From an uncultured Muribaculaceae bacterium (GTDB lineage: Bacteria; Bacillota_I; Bacilli_A; RF39; UBA660), in assembly GCA_964630225.1 (NCBI GenBank), contig CAZVUK010000002.1, positions 1 through 59,504 on the forward strand: a stretch of 59,504 nucleotides of DNA, read 5' to 3'. Shown in pieces: positions 1 through 9,575 of this stretch. Every line of letters begins with the position of its first letter. Position 1 is the first letter of the stretch. Both the position numbers and the translations under genes were made by a program. A model generated the notes under the pieces. That model searched no databases. It saw nothing but the letters and a program-made list of their open reading frames with translations, and was not told the DNA's origin.

Positions 1-606
1 TTCTTTTTTGTCGCTTTTATTAAAATCTTTTTTGCTTTCCATTATTTCCGCTTGAATCTTTTTTACACTCATCGTTGCTAGATCAGCTTCATCATACTTG
101 CTACCAGCTTGCACCGCTTTGGTGATAAGTAACATTTTACCACTACTTATTCCATACTTTTCAGCACTTTCTCTTACCGCTTCACTGACACCACCGATAT
201 TTATCTCGGCCATGATATTGTGCTTTTCAAGTTTTTGACTGATTTCTTTTTTGAGTGTTTTGCTTATTCTATCATTTCTCGCTTCTTTAGCAGAAACGGT
301 ATTTAAATCGATGAGTCTCGTCTCGTTTTCACTTAAAAAACCAAGCTTGATCATTTCATCTGTTAAAAGGCCAACAAGCGCCGTCAAATCTTTGTTTTTA
401 AGTGATAAATCAGAAAGTAATAGTTCAGCCCCTTCGTTAAGAGCGTTTATTTCTATAACCTTATCATCTTTATTAACAACTAGTTGTAAGCTTGGATTTA
501 CTTCTAAAAAAACATATGCAGTATCGTCATTGATGAGAAGTATAACTCCTAGACTGATAGCAAATACGGCAATAACAGCGACTATTATGCCTATTGTTTT
601 TTTCAT
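1..606 (-). CDS. Membrane-anchored protein of unknown function; partial, 3' end lies left of the window
   Basis: Absent from the ORF track because it runs off the edge. Reverse-strand ATG at 606-604, with GGAGG 5 nt upstream (plus-strand cctcc 612-616). My translation is MKKTIGIIVAVIAVFAISLGVILLINDDTAYVFLEVNPSLQLVVNKDDKVIEINALNEGAELLLSDLSLKNKDL... and stays open to nt 1. N-terminal TM helix. Confidence 0.6.
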   Translation of the reverse strand, partial: MKKTIGIIVAVIAVFAISLGVILLINDDTAYVFLEVNPSLQLVVNKDDKVIEINALNEGAELLLSDLSLKNKDLTALVGLLTDEMIKLGFLSENETRLIDLNTVSAKEARNDRISKTLKKEISQKLEKHNIMAEINIGGVSEAVRESAEKYGISSGKMLLITKAVQAGSKYDEADLATMSVKKIQAEIMESKKDFNKSDKKE

Positions 607-725
607 AAAAACCTCCATATTTATTAAGTCTATTATAATCCCAAATAAAGAAAAAGGCAAATACTGGCACTCCATATTGACAAGTGCTAAATAATTGGTT
701 AGACTTATTACTAGAGGTGATTTAT

Positions 726-2591
726 TTGAAACAATTTAAAACAGAGTCTAAGAAAATTTTAGACATGATGATTAATTCGGTATATACGAATAAAGATATC
801 TTTCTTAGAGAGATTATTTCCAACGCTAGTGATGCTCTAGATAAGATTAATTATCTATCACTAACAGATAAGAAACTTAAGATTGATAAAGATAATTTGC
901 ATATTAGAATTAAGCTTGATGAAAAAAACAGAATTCTTACTATTTCTGATAATGGAATAGGTATGACTAAAGAAGAACTGGAAAACAACTTAGGAACGGT
1001 TGCTCGCAGTGGTTCTTTAGAGTTTAAAGAAGAAAATAAGAAAAAGAAAGATATAGATATTATCGGTCAGTTTGGAGTGGGATTTTATTCTGCTTTCATG
1101 GTCGCAGATAAAGTTGAAGTGATAAGTAAAGCAAGTGGAAGTAACAAGGCTTTCTTATGGTCTAGTCATGGAAGTGAAGGTTTTGAGATAAAAGAAGCAC
1201 AAAAGGAAGAAAGTGGAACTGATGTTATACTGTATTTAAAGAATTCTGATGACGAAGACTTCGATAAGTATTTAAATTCTTCGTTTATCAAAAGTATAAT
1301 TAAAAAATATTCAGATTATATTACTTATCCGATTAAAATGGAAACAAGTCATAAGCATCTTAAGGAAGGATCTAAAGATGAATATGAAGATCATAACGAA
1401 GATGAAATTTTGAATTCATTAATTCCTTTGTGGAAGCGAAATAAAAAGGATATAAGTGACGAAGAATACAGTGTCTTTTACCAAGATAAGTTTAATGATT
1501 ATGCTGACCCTGTCCATGTTATTCATACTAAAGCCGAAGGTAAGATCGAGTTTAGTAGTCTCTTGTTTATTCCATCGAGATTGCCAAATGATATCTTCAC
1601 TAAAGAATATAAGAAAGGACTCCAGCTATATTCTAATGGTGTTCTAATCATGGAAAATTACGAAGATTTACTTCCTGATTATTTAGCTTTTATCAAAGGA
1701 GTTGTCGATTGCAGTGATCTTCCACTTAATATATCAAGGGAAGTCCTTCAGCAAAATCAAGTGGTAGCTGTTATTAAGCAAAATATCGAGAACAAAGTTC
1801 TAAAAGAACTGACTGATATGCTGAAAGAAGAGAGAACTAAATACGAAGCCTTATGGACTAGCTTTGGAACTCATCTAAAGTTTGGAACTTACAATAACTT
1901 TGGAATGGATGCCGACAAACTAAAAGACTTGATCCTTTTTTACTCATCTAGTAAAAAAGAGTTGGTGACTTTCAAGGAATACGTAGAACGTACGGATAAG
2001 AAACAAGACAAAATCTATTATGCTGTCGGAGAGACAATCGATAAAATAGATTTGTTACCACAGGTTGAAAGGTATAAAGAAAAAAATATCGAAATATTAT
2101 ACTTAACAGAATATGTCGATGAGTTTGCCCTGCAAGCGATAGCAACATATGATAAAAAGACATTTGCTAATGTAAGTAGTTTGCCTGATTATGAAGAAAC
2201 AGATGAAGTTAAAGAGCTAAATGAAAAAGAAAAAGACTTATTGGCAGCTATGCTTAAGCCACTTGCAGGTGATATCAAAGAAGTTAGATTCACATCTAAA
2301 CTAAAAAATCATCCGGTTTGTTTAAGCAGCGAAGGCGATCTATCAACTGGAATGGAAAAGCTATTAAATGCTCTTCCACAAACAGAAAAAGTCAAGGCAG
2401 AAACGATTTTAGAAATAAATTATCAACATCCTATAAGTGATAAACTAAGAAAAATTTACAAGAAAGAAAAAAGAGACAAACTTGAGAACTACGTCAAAGT
2501 ATTGTATGCTCAAGCAAGATTGATCGAAGGATTAACTATCGAAAATCCAACAGAAATAAGTAATATCATGACTGATATTATGGCTGATTAA
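726..2591 (+). CDS. htpG: Hsp90-family molecular chaperone HtpG
   Basis: GHKL/Hsp90 motifs FLREIISNASDALDKI and GQFGVGFYSAFMVA; length about 620 aa. The tracked ORF starts at 684, but TTG 726 follows SD agaggtga (713-720) and gives the usual HtpG N-terminus (MKQFKTESKKILDMMINSVY). Confidence 0.93.
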   Translation: MKQFKTESKKILDMMINSVYTNKDIFLREIISNASDALDKINYLSLTDKKLKIDKDNLHIRIKLDEKNRILTISDNGIGMTKEELENNLGTVARSGSLEFKEENKKKKDIDIIGQFGVGFYSAFMVADKVEVISKASGSNKAFLWSSHGSEGFEIKEAQKEESGTDVILYLKNSDDEDFDKYLNSSFIKSIIKKYSDYITYPIKMETSHKHLKEGSKDEYEDHNEDEILNSLIPLWKRNKKDISDEEYSVFYQDKFNDYADPVHVIHTKAEGKIEFSSLLFIPSRLPNDIFTKEYKKGLQLYSNGVLIMENYEDLLPDYLAFIKGVVDCSDLPLNISREVLQQNQVVAVIKQNIENKVLKELTDMLKEERTKYEALWTSFGTHLKFGTYNNFGMDADKLKDLILFYSSSKKELVTFKEYVERTDKKQDKIYYAVGETIDKIDLLPQVERYKEKNIEILYLTEYVDEFALQAIATYDKKTFANVSSLPDYEETDEVKELNEKEKDLLAAMLKPLAGDIKEVRFTSKLKNHPVCLSSEGDLSTGMEKLLNALPQTEKVKAETILEINYQHPISDKLRKIYKKEKRDKLENYVKVLYAQARLIEGLTIENPTEISNIMTDIMAD

Positions 2592-2660
2592 CAGGCTTTA
2601 ACAAGCTTGTTTTCTTTTGTGATTTTAACTTGGCATGATATAATTTATAAAGAGGCAGAT

Positions 2661-3080
2661 ATGATAATAAAGAATTTAGATAAAAAAGATATAGCTAGTT
2701 ATAAAGCACTTATGGATAAAGTTTTCGGAGGAAGTGCCGATCTTTCTTCATATGAAAAATATGAGAGTGGCCCATATGAGATTATCGTTGCGATGGAGAA
2801 AGAAAAAGTCATCGGAGCAATTACTTTATATAAGATAGAGCTCTTTACTTTTGATCACTATCCGGCCCTGGAACTGTTTAATCTCGGTGTCGATTCTGAT
2901 TACAGGGGACAAGGTATAGCTGAAAAGATTTTTGACTATGTTCTAGCATATGCTAAAGAAAAGGGCTATCGGTCGATCAGTGTTAACTGTGGAGCCAATG
3001 CTCATGCTGCTCATAAGTTATATGAGAAGATGGGTTTTAGTCAAGGTGGAAGCGTACGCTTTAATAGGGCGGTGGAATAA
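2661..3080 (+). CDS. GNAT-family N-acetyltransferase
   Basis: Acetyl-CoA pocket motif YRGQGIAEKIF; about 140 aa. ATG 2661 follows agaggcag. The stop overlaps the next start (TAATG at 3078-3082). Confidence 0.8.
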   Translation: MIIKNLDKKDIASYKALMDKVFGGSADLSSYEKYESGPYEIIVAMEKEKVIGAITLYKIELFTFDHYPALELFNLGVDSDYRGQGIAEKIFDYVLAYAKEKGYRSISVNCGANAHAAHKLYEKMGFSQGGSVRFNRAVE

Positions 3081-4423
3081 TGAAATATGAAGAGTTAAAA
3101 GAAAAATATCCTAGATTTATATATCGCAGTTATGATGTTGAAGAAAGTGATGAAGAAATGATTCTTCGCTTCAATTTTGAAATCGAAGGACTTGCTTCCT
3201 TTCATCCTGAAACAAGAATAGCTAAAAAATATATAATTAATGAATCTATCGATAAGAAATTTTTAAATGACTTAGTTTTTCATATTGGTTTAATTGAAAT
3301 GATAAGTTATTATAAAGCTACTGTTTCAAAAGAAATAATTATCGAGGCCGGTCATCTTGAAGAAAAACAGATAGAATTTATTAAAAAGCTTATTTTTAAC
3401 GGTTTGGGAGAGTTTTTTCATGTCAATGGTATTAATATAGACAATGATTTTGTCAAAATTACCACGACTGGTTCTAAAGCATTATATGATAATAAGTCGT
3501 ATAAAGGTGATGGAAACATGATTTTAGTCGGTGGAGGAAAAGATTCTAATGTAAGTCTAAAACTATTAAAGGGTATGAATAATGATGTGATGATACAAAA
3601 TATTAAAGATGTAACACTAAATTGTGCCTTGATCGGTGGGGTTTCTGAAAAAAACATCGTTTCGATTAAGCGTAGTATCGACCCTGAGTTGATAAGACTA
3701 AACAAAGAAGGATTCTTAAATGGCCACACCCCCTTTTCATCACTGCTTGCTTTTCAGTCATATTTAGTAGCATATCTTAGAAATAAGAAATACATTGTTT
3801 TGTCAAACGAAGACAGTGCCAACGAAGGAACGGTCATCGGAACTAATATCAACCACCAGTATTCTAAAAGTTATGAGTTTGAAAGTGACTTTCAAAACTA
3901 TGTTAGAAAATTTTTGCCGATCGATATTAATTACTTTAGTTTATTAAGACCTCTTTCTGAATATCAAATCGCGATGCTATTTTCTAAATATACGGAGTTT
4001 CATAGCGTTTTTCGAAGCTGTAATGTCGGAAGTAAAGAAAAACCTTGGAAATGGTGCTGCAACTGCTCGAAATGTCTATTTGTTTATATCGTTTTATCAC
4101 CATTTCTTAAAAAAGAAGAGCTAATTGCTATTTTTGGTGAAGATTTATACGATAAGGCATCACTGCTTGAAACTTTCCAAGAAATACTTGGTGAAACAGG
4201 TATTAAACCATTTGATTGCGTGGGATCATACAGTGAAGCTAAATATGCAGTAAGCAAAGTTATCGCCACGTATGAGGGGGAACTTCCATATTTATTAAAA
4301 TATTATAAAGATACCCATGAACTTGATTTAGTAAGTGATTATGAACATTTTTATAATGATGATCATAGTGTTCCTAATCAGTTTGAAACTATTTTGAAGG
4401 AGGAATTGGCTAAATATGTATGA
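3080..4423 (+). CDS. PP-loop (SGGxDS-like) ATP-pyrophosphatase-fold protein; candidate UDP-MurNAc-L-Ala-L-Glu epimerase (MurL-like)
   Basis: Has ILVGGGKDSNVS (PP-loop-like) and a C-terminal Cys cluster SCNVGSKEKPWKWCCNCSKC. 447 aa. Translationally coupled (8-nt overlap) to the MurD-family ligase downstream, which mirrors the murL-murD2 arrangement recalled from Xanthomonas. Confidence 0.5.
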   Translation: MKYEELKEKYPRFIYRSYDVEESDEEMILRFNFEIEGLASFHPETRIAKKYIINESIDKKFLNDLVFHIGLIEMISYYKATVSKEIIIEAGHLEEKQIEFIKKLIFNGLGEFFHVNGINIDNDFVKITTTGSKALYDNKSYKGDGNMILVGGGKDSNVSLKLLKGMNNDVMIQNIKDVTLNCALIGGVSEKNIVSIKRSIDPELIRLNKEGFLNGHTPFSSLLAFQSYLVAYLRNKKYIVLSNEDSANEGTVIGTNINHQYSKSYEFESDFQNYVRKFLPIDINYFSLLRPLSEYQIAMLFSKYTEFHSVFRSCNVGSKEKPWKWCCNCSKCLFVYIVLSPFLKKEELIAIFGEDLYDKASLLETFQEILGETGIKPFDCVGSYSEAKYAVSKVIATYEGELPYLLKYYKDTHELDLVSDYEHFYNDDHSVPNQFETILKEELAKYV

Positions 4424-5756
4424 GAATATTGCTCGCGAGCTTAACGGAAAAAAAATAGCGATACTTGGCTTTGGAAGAGAGGGTAAGTCTTCTTATCGTT
4501 TTATTGTCAAACACTGCACGAATGTCGATCTTACGATAATAGATGGAGCAGATATAAGAGAATCATTTACTAAGGAGTTTCCCGAGGGAAATGTCTCTTT
4601 TGTCATTGGTGCTAATTATTTAGATAATTTATCTGTTTACGATATGATAATTAAAACACCGGGCATAAGTCTTAAAGATATAGATATTTCAGCATTCAAA
4701 AGCAAGATAAAGTCACAGCTTGAACTGTTTTTAAAATACTATGGACAGCAAGCTATCGCTATAACTGGAACCAAAGGAAAGAGCACTACAACTTCGCTAA
4801 TCTACGAAATGATTCTTGCTCAAAAAGCCAATACCTTTTTAATGGGTAATATCGGTATTCCAGTCTTTGACAAAATCGAAGAATATGATGAGTCATCGAC
4901 ACTCGTTGTCGAAATCTCGAGTCACCAATTAGAATATTTGGATTACTCTTCGCACATAGGAGTTATTTTAAATCTTTTCGAAGATCACTTAGATAAAGCC
5001 GGTACTCTTGAGAATTATCACAATATTAAGATGAAGCTGTTTAAAAATCAAAAAGAGGGCGATTACGGATTGTATTTTTATGACAATGAAGTTTTAAAAA
5101 ACAAAGTAAGTGAACTTAATTATCCTGGTCATCTTTATGCTTTTTCACTCAAAGAAAAAACTGATATCTATAAAGAAGGTGATAAATACTTCTTTATGGG
5201 AGAGGAAATATACGATAGTAGCGCTTCACGTTTATTACTTGGAGAGCACAACACTATCAATATTGTTTTGGCACTAGCGGTAGTTAAAATACTGGGTCTT
5301 GATAACGAGTTAGCGCGAAATACGGCAGCTAGTTTTAAACCGGTTGAATACCGCAACGAATTTGTTGGTAAATACGACGGAATAAACTTTTATGTCGATA
5401 CTTTAGCTACCATCCCTGAAGCGACGATTGCTAGCTTAAAGGCACTTAAAACCACCGAAACAATTATCTTCGGTGGGATGGATAGAGGCATAGATTATTC
5501 TTCGTTAATAGAGTATTTTAATAATAGCTCTATAACTAACTTTATTTGTATGCCCTCAACTGGTCAAAAGATCGGTAAAGAAATTAAAAGAGGAAATGTT
5601 TATTTTATCGAAAGTCTAAAAGATGCTGTTGTTAAAGCCAAAGAAATAGGTAGTGCAGGATCTATTTGTCTGCTTTCACCAGCCGCAGCAAGTTATGAGT
5701 TTTATAAAGACTATAAAGAGAAGGCCGAGGCTTTCAAGAAGTATATAAAAAAATAA
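4416..5756 (+). CDS. murD: UDP-N-acetylmuramoyl-L-alanine--glutamate ligase (MurD family; context suggests the L-Glu-adding MurD2 type)
   Basis: N-terminal Rossmann motif KKIAILGFGREGKS and Mur-ligase P-loop ITGTKGKSTTT; 446 aa. SD ggagga upstream. Confidence 0.88.
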   Translation: MYENIARELNGKKIAILGFGREGKSSYRFIVKHCTNVDLTIIDGADIRESFTKEFPEGNVSFVIGANYLDNLSVYDMIIKTPGISLKDIDISAFKSKIKSQLELFLKYYGQQAIAITGTKGKSTTTSLIYEMILAQKANTFLMGNIGIPVFDKIEEYDESSTLVVEISSHQLEYLDYSSHIGVILNLFEDHLDKAGTLENYHNIKMKLFKNQKEGDYGLYFYDNEVLKNKVSELNYPGHLYAFSLKEKTDIYKEGDKYFFMGEEIYDSSASRLLLGEHNTINIVLALAVVKILGLDNELARNTAASFKPVEYRNEFVGKYDGINFYVDTLATIPEATIASLKALKTTETIIFGGMDRGIDYSSLIEYFNNSSITNFICMPSTGQKIGKEIKRGNVYFIESLKDAVVKAKEIGSAGSICLLSPAAASYEFYKDYKEKAEAFKKYIKK

Positions 5757-5802
5757 TTGAAAATAATGACACTATATATTATAATATTACAAGTCTGAAA
5801 GG

Positions 5803-7452
5803 GTGATACTTTTGAATAATGAAGAATATGCTAAACTTATAATTCCAAATGTCGAATTTGATTATAAATACTATGAGGAAAAATATCCTCCTAGAAACTT
5901 AAAAGAAGGAGCGATGGTTACAAGATTTGCTCCTAGTCCTACTGGTTTTGTTCATATGGGAAGTCTATATGCTTCTTTTGCTGATCTCCAAATGGCCCAG
6001 CAAAGTGAGGGGGTAGCCCTCCTGCGCATCGAGGACACTGATCAGAAAAGAGAAGTTGAAAATGGTATTGAAGGTATCATCAAAGACTTCGATAATCTAG
6101 GCATTGCCTGGGATGAAGGCCCAGCACAAGGCGGATTATACGGTCCTTACGTGCAAAGTGAGCGTGGTGATATTTACAGAGCTTTTGCTAGAAAGCTTTT
6201 AGCCGAAGATAAGGCTTATCCATGTTTTTGTACTAGCGAAGAGCTAGATATAATGAGACAAGAACAAGAGCTTCAAAAGTATCGTTTAGGATATTACGGA
6301 TCTTGGGCAACGTGTAGGCACCTATCCAAAGAAGAAGTAAGCAAAAAAGTTAAACAGGGCGAGCCTTATATAATTAGGCTGAAATCTCCGGGTAACTTCA
6401 ATAACAAAATTGTTTTAGAAGATCTTATCAAAGGAAATATCGAAATGCCTGAAAATGATATCGATATTGTTCTGATTAAATCAGATGGTCTTCCAACGTA
6501 TCATTTTGCTCACGCTGTCGATGATCACTTAATGAGAACAACTCACGTCATAAGAGGTGATGAATGGGTATCATCATATCCAATTCATCATCAGTTATTT
6601 GATATCTTAGGCTTTGACAAGCCGTTCTATGCTCACGTGGCTCCGATTACGATTAGAGAAGGCGAAACAGTAAGGAAACTATCTAAAAGAAAAGATCCTG
6701 AAGCGTCGATATCCTTTTATCACGAACTCGGAATACCAGCTGAAGTTATCAAATTATATTTAGCGACTATCAATAATTATGATTTTGAAGAATGGTATAG
6801 CGCTAATCCTGATAAAAAAGTTGATGACTATAATTTTGAATTTTCTAAAATGCCTGTCGGTGGATCACTATTTGATATTGAAAAACTATATAGCATAGCT
6901 AAAATATATTTCTCTAAAGCATCAGCTGAATATATTTATAATAATTTAATCCGTTATACGGCCGAATATGACAAAGATTTTCATAGTTTGTTACTAAATA
7001 ATAAAGACTATTCTATTGCTCTATTAAATATTGAAAGAGAAGTAGAAAAGCCTCGCAAAGATATAGCTAAATATAGCGATATTAAAGGTCTTACCTGGTA
7101 TATGTATGACGAGCTATTCAAGCCAGAAATTTATCAGTGGCAAAAGATTAATGATTCATCACTTATTGAAAAAATAACTAGTAGCTACATAGAAAAATAC
7201 TATGATGAAGCTGACGATAAAGATACGTGGTTTAACAAAATTAAAGATCTAAGTGAAGATTTAGGTTTTGCAAGAGAAGTCAAAGACTACAAAAAAGATG
7301 CCGATAAATATCTAGGTCACGTCGGAGATGTAAGCACTGTTCTAAGAGTAGCTCTAACTAGCGAAAGCAGAACTCCTGATTTGTATGAACTAATGAAACT
7401 GCTTGGAAAAGATAGAATAAGTAAGAGATATAATAAATTAAAAGAAGTCTAA
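5803..7452 (+). CDS. gltX: Glutamate--tRNA ligase (long form)
   Basis: Class I aaRS motifs RFAPSPTGFVHMGS (HIGH position) and KLSKRK (KMSKS position), plus IEDTD. The start is either GTG 5803 or, more likely, TTG 5812 after gaaagggtga. Confidence 0.88.
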   Translation: MILLNNEEYAKLIIPNVEFDYKYYEEKYPPRNLKEGAMVTRFAPSPTGFVHMGSLYASFADLQMAQQSEGVALLRIEDTDQKREVENGIEGIIKDFDNLGIAWDEGPAQGGLYGPYVQSERGDIYRAFARKLLAEDKAYPCFCTSEELDIMRQEQELQKYRLGYYGSWATCRHLSKEEVSKKVKQGEPYIIRLKSPGNFNNKIVLEDLIKGNIEMPENDIDIVLIKSDGLPTYHFAHAVDDHLMRTTHVIRGDEWVSSYPIHHQLFDILGFDKPFYAHVAPITIREGETVRKLSKRKDPEASISFYHELGIPAEVIKLYLATINNYDFEEWYSANPDKKVDDYNFEFSKMPVGGSLFDIEKLYSIAKIYFSKASAEYIYNNLIRYTAEYDKDFHSLLLNNKDYSIALLNIEREVEKPRKDIAKYSDIKGLTWYMYDELFKPEIYQWQKINDSSLIEKITSSYIEKYYDEADDKDTWFNKIKDLSEDLGFAREVKDYKKDADKYLGHVGDVSTVLRVALTSESRTPDLYELMKLLGKDRISKRYNKLKEV

Positions 7453-7488
7453 GTTGCTTCTTTTTCTTTTTAAATATATAATTGTATT

Positions 7489-8784
7489 ATGAAAAAAGAA
7501 AACAAGAGAAAGAAACCCAATACTTTAAATAAAAAACCAGCATCGGGTTTTAAGATTTCTTATTTGATTGTACTTATTCTAATAATCGCTTTAATATCGA
7601 TTACTTTCATTTTATATGGTTATAAAAACAAAACAATTAATGATAAAAAACGTAGTAAAGATGAAGAAATAGCCCATCGCACAGCTATTATAAAAAGTCA
7701 TTATGCCAAGCGTGTATCCTTAGTTAAAGATGCTGATATATATGAAAAAGATGGAAAAAACTTTAATGATATTGGTGATATTTCAAAGGGTTATTTTATA
7801 TCATTAGATGAAGTTGAAATAAACGAAAACACTTTGTATTTCCCTGTAGCGGATAGTAAATATTATTTGAAATATGATACCGTTATTCCGCAGGAAGGAA
7901 TAAATGAATATATAGATTTTAATTACGTTTTATTTAATAAAAATGCCCACGCTAAGGCTGGAGCTCCACTTTATCAAAATGGTAAAGAAGTACTTCGTTA
8001 TAATAAAGAAAAGACTTATCCTATCTTAATTAAAGAAGATGATCACTATATCGTAAAATACCGAGAAGAGTTGTTTAAATTACTTAAAACAGATGTTTCT
8101 AAAACAACTGATGCAAACAATACTAATGAAGCAGTAGCTAGTTCTATTCCAATATTAAATTATCACTTTTTATATGATCACAGTAAAAATGATTATTGCA
8201 GAGAAAGTATCTGCTTGCGTTTAGATTATTTTGAAAGTCATTTAAAATATCTTAAAGACAATGAATTTTACTCTTTAAAGATGGAAGAGATGGCTATGTG
8301 GATGGACAAAAAGATTAGACTACCTAAGAAAAGTGTTGCCATAACCTTCGATGATGGAACTTTAAAAACCGATGAGTATTTACCTGCTAGTTTAGATAAA
8401 TATGAAGTTAATGGCGTCTTATTTCTAGTTACAAGTTGGTTTGATTATAAGATGTTTGCTAGTCCCTATTTAGAAGTTCAATCTCACGGACATAAACTTC
8501 ACGGTATAACGGGTAATACGAGTAAGGGTCTTGCGATGAACGACGAACAAATAGACAAAGATTTTAAAGATTCAATCGCTTCATTAGATGGGGCTGATGA
8601 TGCTTTTGCTTATCCATACTACCAGTATAATAATACGATGTTAAGAGCGGTCAAAGACAACTTTAAAATAGCCTTTATCGGTGGTAACAGAAGAGCAAAA
8701 CAAAGTGACAATAGATATCTATTACCTAGAATTGTTATTTATAGTGGACATGACTTAAAGCGCTTTAAGTCACTCGTTAATTAG
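7489..8784 (+). CDS. Membrane-anchored polysaccharide deacetylase (NodB homology domain)
   Basis: N-terminal TM (ISYLIVLILIIALISITFILYGY). NodB motifs AITFDDGT and QSHGHKLH in the C-terminal half. Confidence 0.8.
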   Translation: MKKENKRKKPNTLNKKPASGFKISYLIVLILIIALISITFILYGYKNKTINDKKRSKDEEIAHRTAIIKSHYAKRVSLVKDADIYEKDGKNFNDIGDISKGYFISLDEVEINENTLYFPVADSKYYLKYDTVIPQEGINEYIDFNYVLFNKNAHAKAGAPLYQNGKEVLRYNKEKTYPILIKEDDHYIVKYREELFKLLKTDVSKTTDANNTNEAVASSIPILNYHFLYDHSKNDYCRESICLRLDYFESHLKYLKDNEFYSLKMEEMAMWMDKKIRLPKKSVAITFDDGTLKTDEYLPASLDKYEVNGVLFLVTSWFDYKMFASPYLEVQSHGHKLHGITGNTSKGLAMNDEQIDKDFKDSIASLDGADDAFAYPYYQYNNTMLRAVKDNFKIAFIGGNRRAKQSDNRYLLPRIVIYSGHDLKRFKSLVN

Positions 8785-8791
8785 GTGAAAC

Positions 8792-9556
8792 ATGAAAGAA
8801 AAGACTAAAATAAGTATTTTGATAAGAAATCTATTGTTTTTAACAATCATTTTAGCGGGAAGCTTCTTTATTTACGATAGAGTCATTCTTCCAACCCTTA
8901 AAGATGAAGAAAAAGTGCCTGTCTTGCAGGAGGCAGAAACTTTTGAAGCCGATGTCGATATGAACTATATATCTGATTTTGTAAACTTCTTTAATAATTC
9001 TTCTTATAATGATTTGGAAGCATATTTTTTCAGGCAAGAGAGTATGAGTGGTAGCCAGGTGAATAATAAAGTCAAAACAAGTATAGCCATAGTAAGACTC
9101 TTAAATACTGAAACCAATGTCATATCAGCAGATGCAGTAAGGCAAGAAGTAAAAAAGATATTTGGTAATAATACGGTATATGAGCCAGTTAGTCCTATCG
9201 TATTAGGATACACAATTAACTATGATAAAGACAATGATAATTTTCATATTATCAATGATGGAAACGTTCCAAAAGAGACAATGGTTTTTACTAAAGTTGC
9301 CGATAGTTTTATAAAAAAAGATAATACTATCGAAATCGAAGTTAAGTTTGCCTATATGAAAGTTACTAGTGAAAACGGAAAATTTCTTATCAAAGTTCAC
9401 AGTGCTATTGAAACAAGTAATTATAATAATTTAGGTTACATTATAGATGGTGAGATAAGTGATGATATGATTCAAACTTTCCCCACCTATATATTTACCT
9501 TTAGCTCAGAAGGAGACAATGTTATCTTTAAATCAGTACATATTAAAAGTAAGTAG
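8792..9556 (+). CDS. Hypothetical membrane-anchored protein
   Basis: 254-aa ORF starting 7 nt after the previous stop, with a single N-terminal TM (LIRNLLFLTIILAGSFFIY). No recognisable motif. Confidence 0.6.
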   Translation: MKEKTKISILIRNLLFLTIILAGSFFIYDRVILPTLKDEEKVPVLQEAETFEADVDMNYISDFVNFFNNSSYNDLEAYFFRQESMSGSQVNNKVKTSIAIVRLLNTETNVISADAVRQEVKKIFGNNTVYEPVSPIVLGYTINYDKDNDNFHIINDGNVPKETMVFTKVADSFIKKDNTIEIEVKFAYMKVTSENGKFLIKVHSAIETSNYNNLGYIIDGEISDDMIQTFPTYIFTFSSEGDNVIFKSVHIKSK

Positions 9557-9575
9557 AAACTACTTACTTTTTTTA
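9548..9575. terminator. Bidirectional rho-independent terminator between convergent genes
   Basis: Perfect 9-bp stem agtaagtag / ctacttact with loop aaa. Flanked by an A-run (9544-9547) and a T-run (9569-9575). Overlaps both stop codons. Confidence 0.7.

Noticed and set aside
251-694. Tracked + strand ORF of 147 aa (Ser/Leu/Ile-rich)
   Set aside because: It is the antisense shadow of a better-supported minus-strand gene (1-606), which has an SD, an ATG and a TM N-terminus. It has no SD of its own, its sequence is low-complexity, and it overlaps the htpG upstream region.
684-725. N-terminal extensions proposed by the ORF track (also 2607-2660, 20395-20427, 30631-30681, 34842-34898, 52594-52611, 53930-53989, 45115-45126, 51415-51426)
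   Set aside because: In each case a downstream start is preceded by a proper SD at 5-12 nt and gives the expected family N-terminus or signal peptide. The longer versions begin inside the previous gene or lack an SD.
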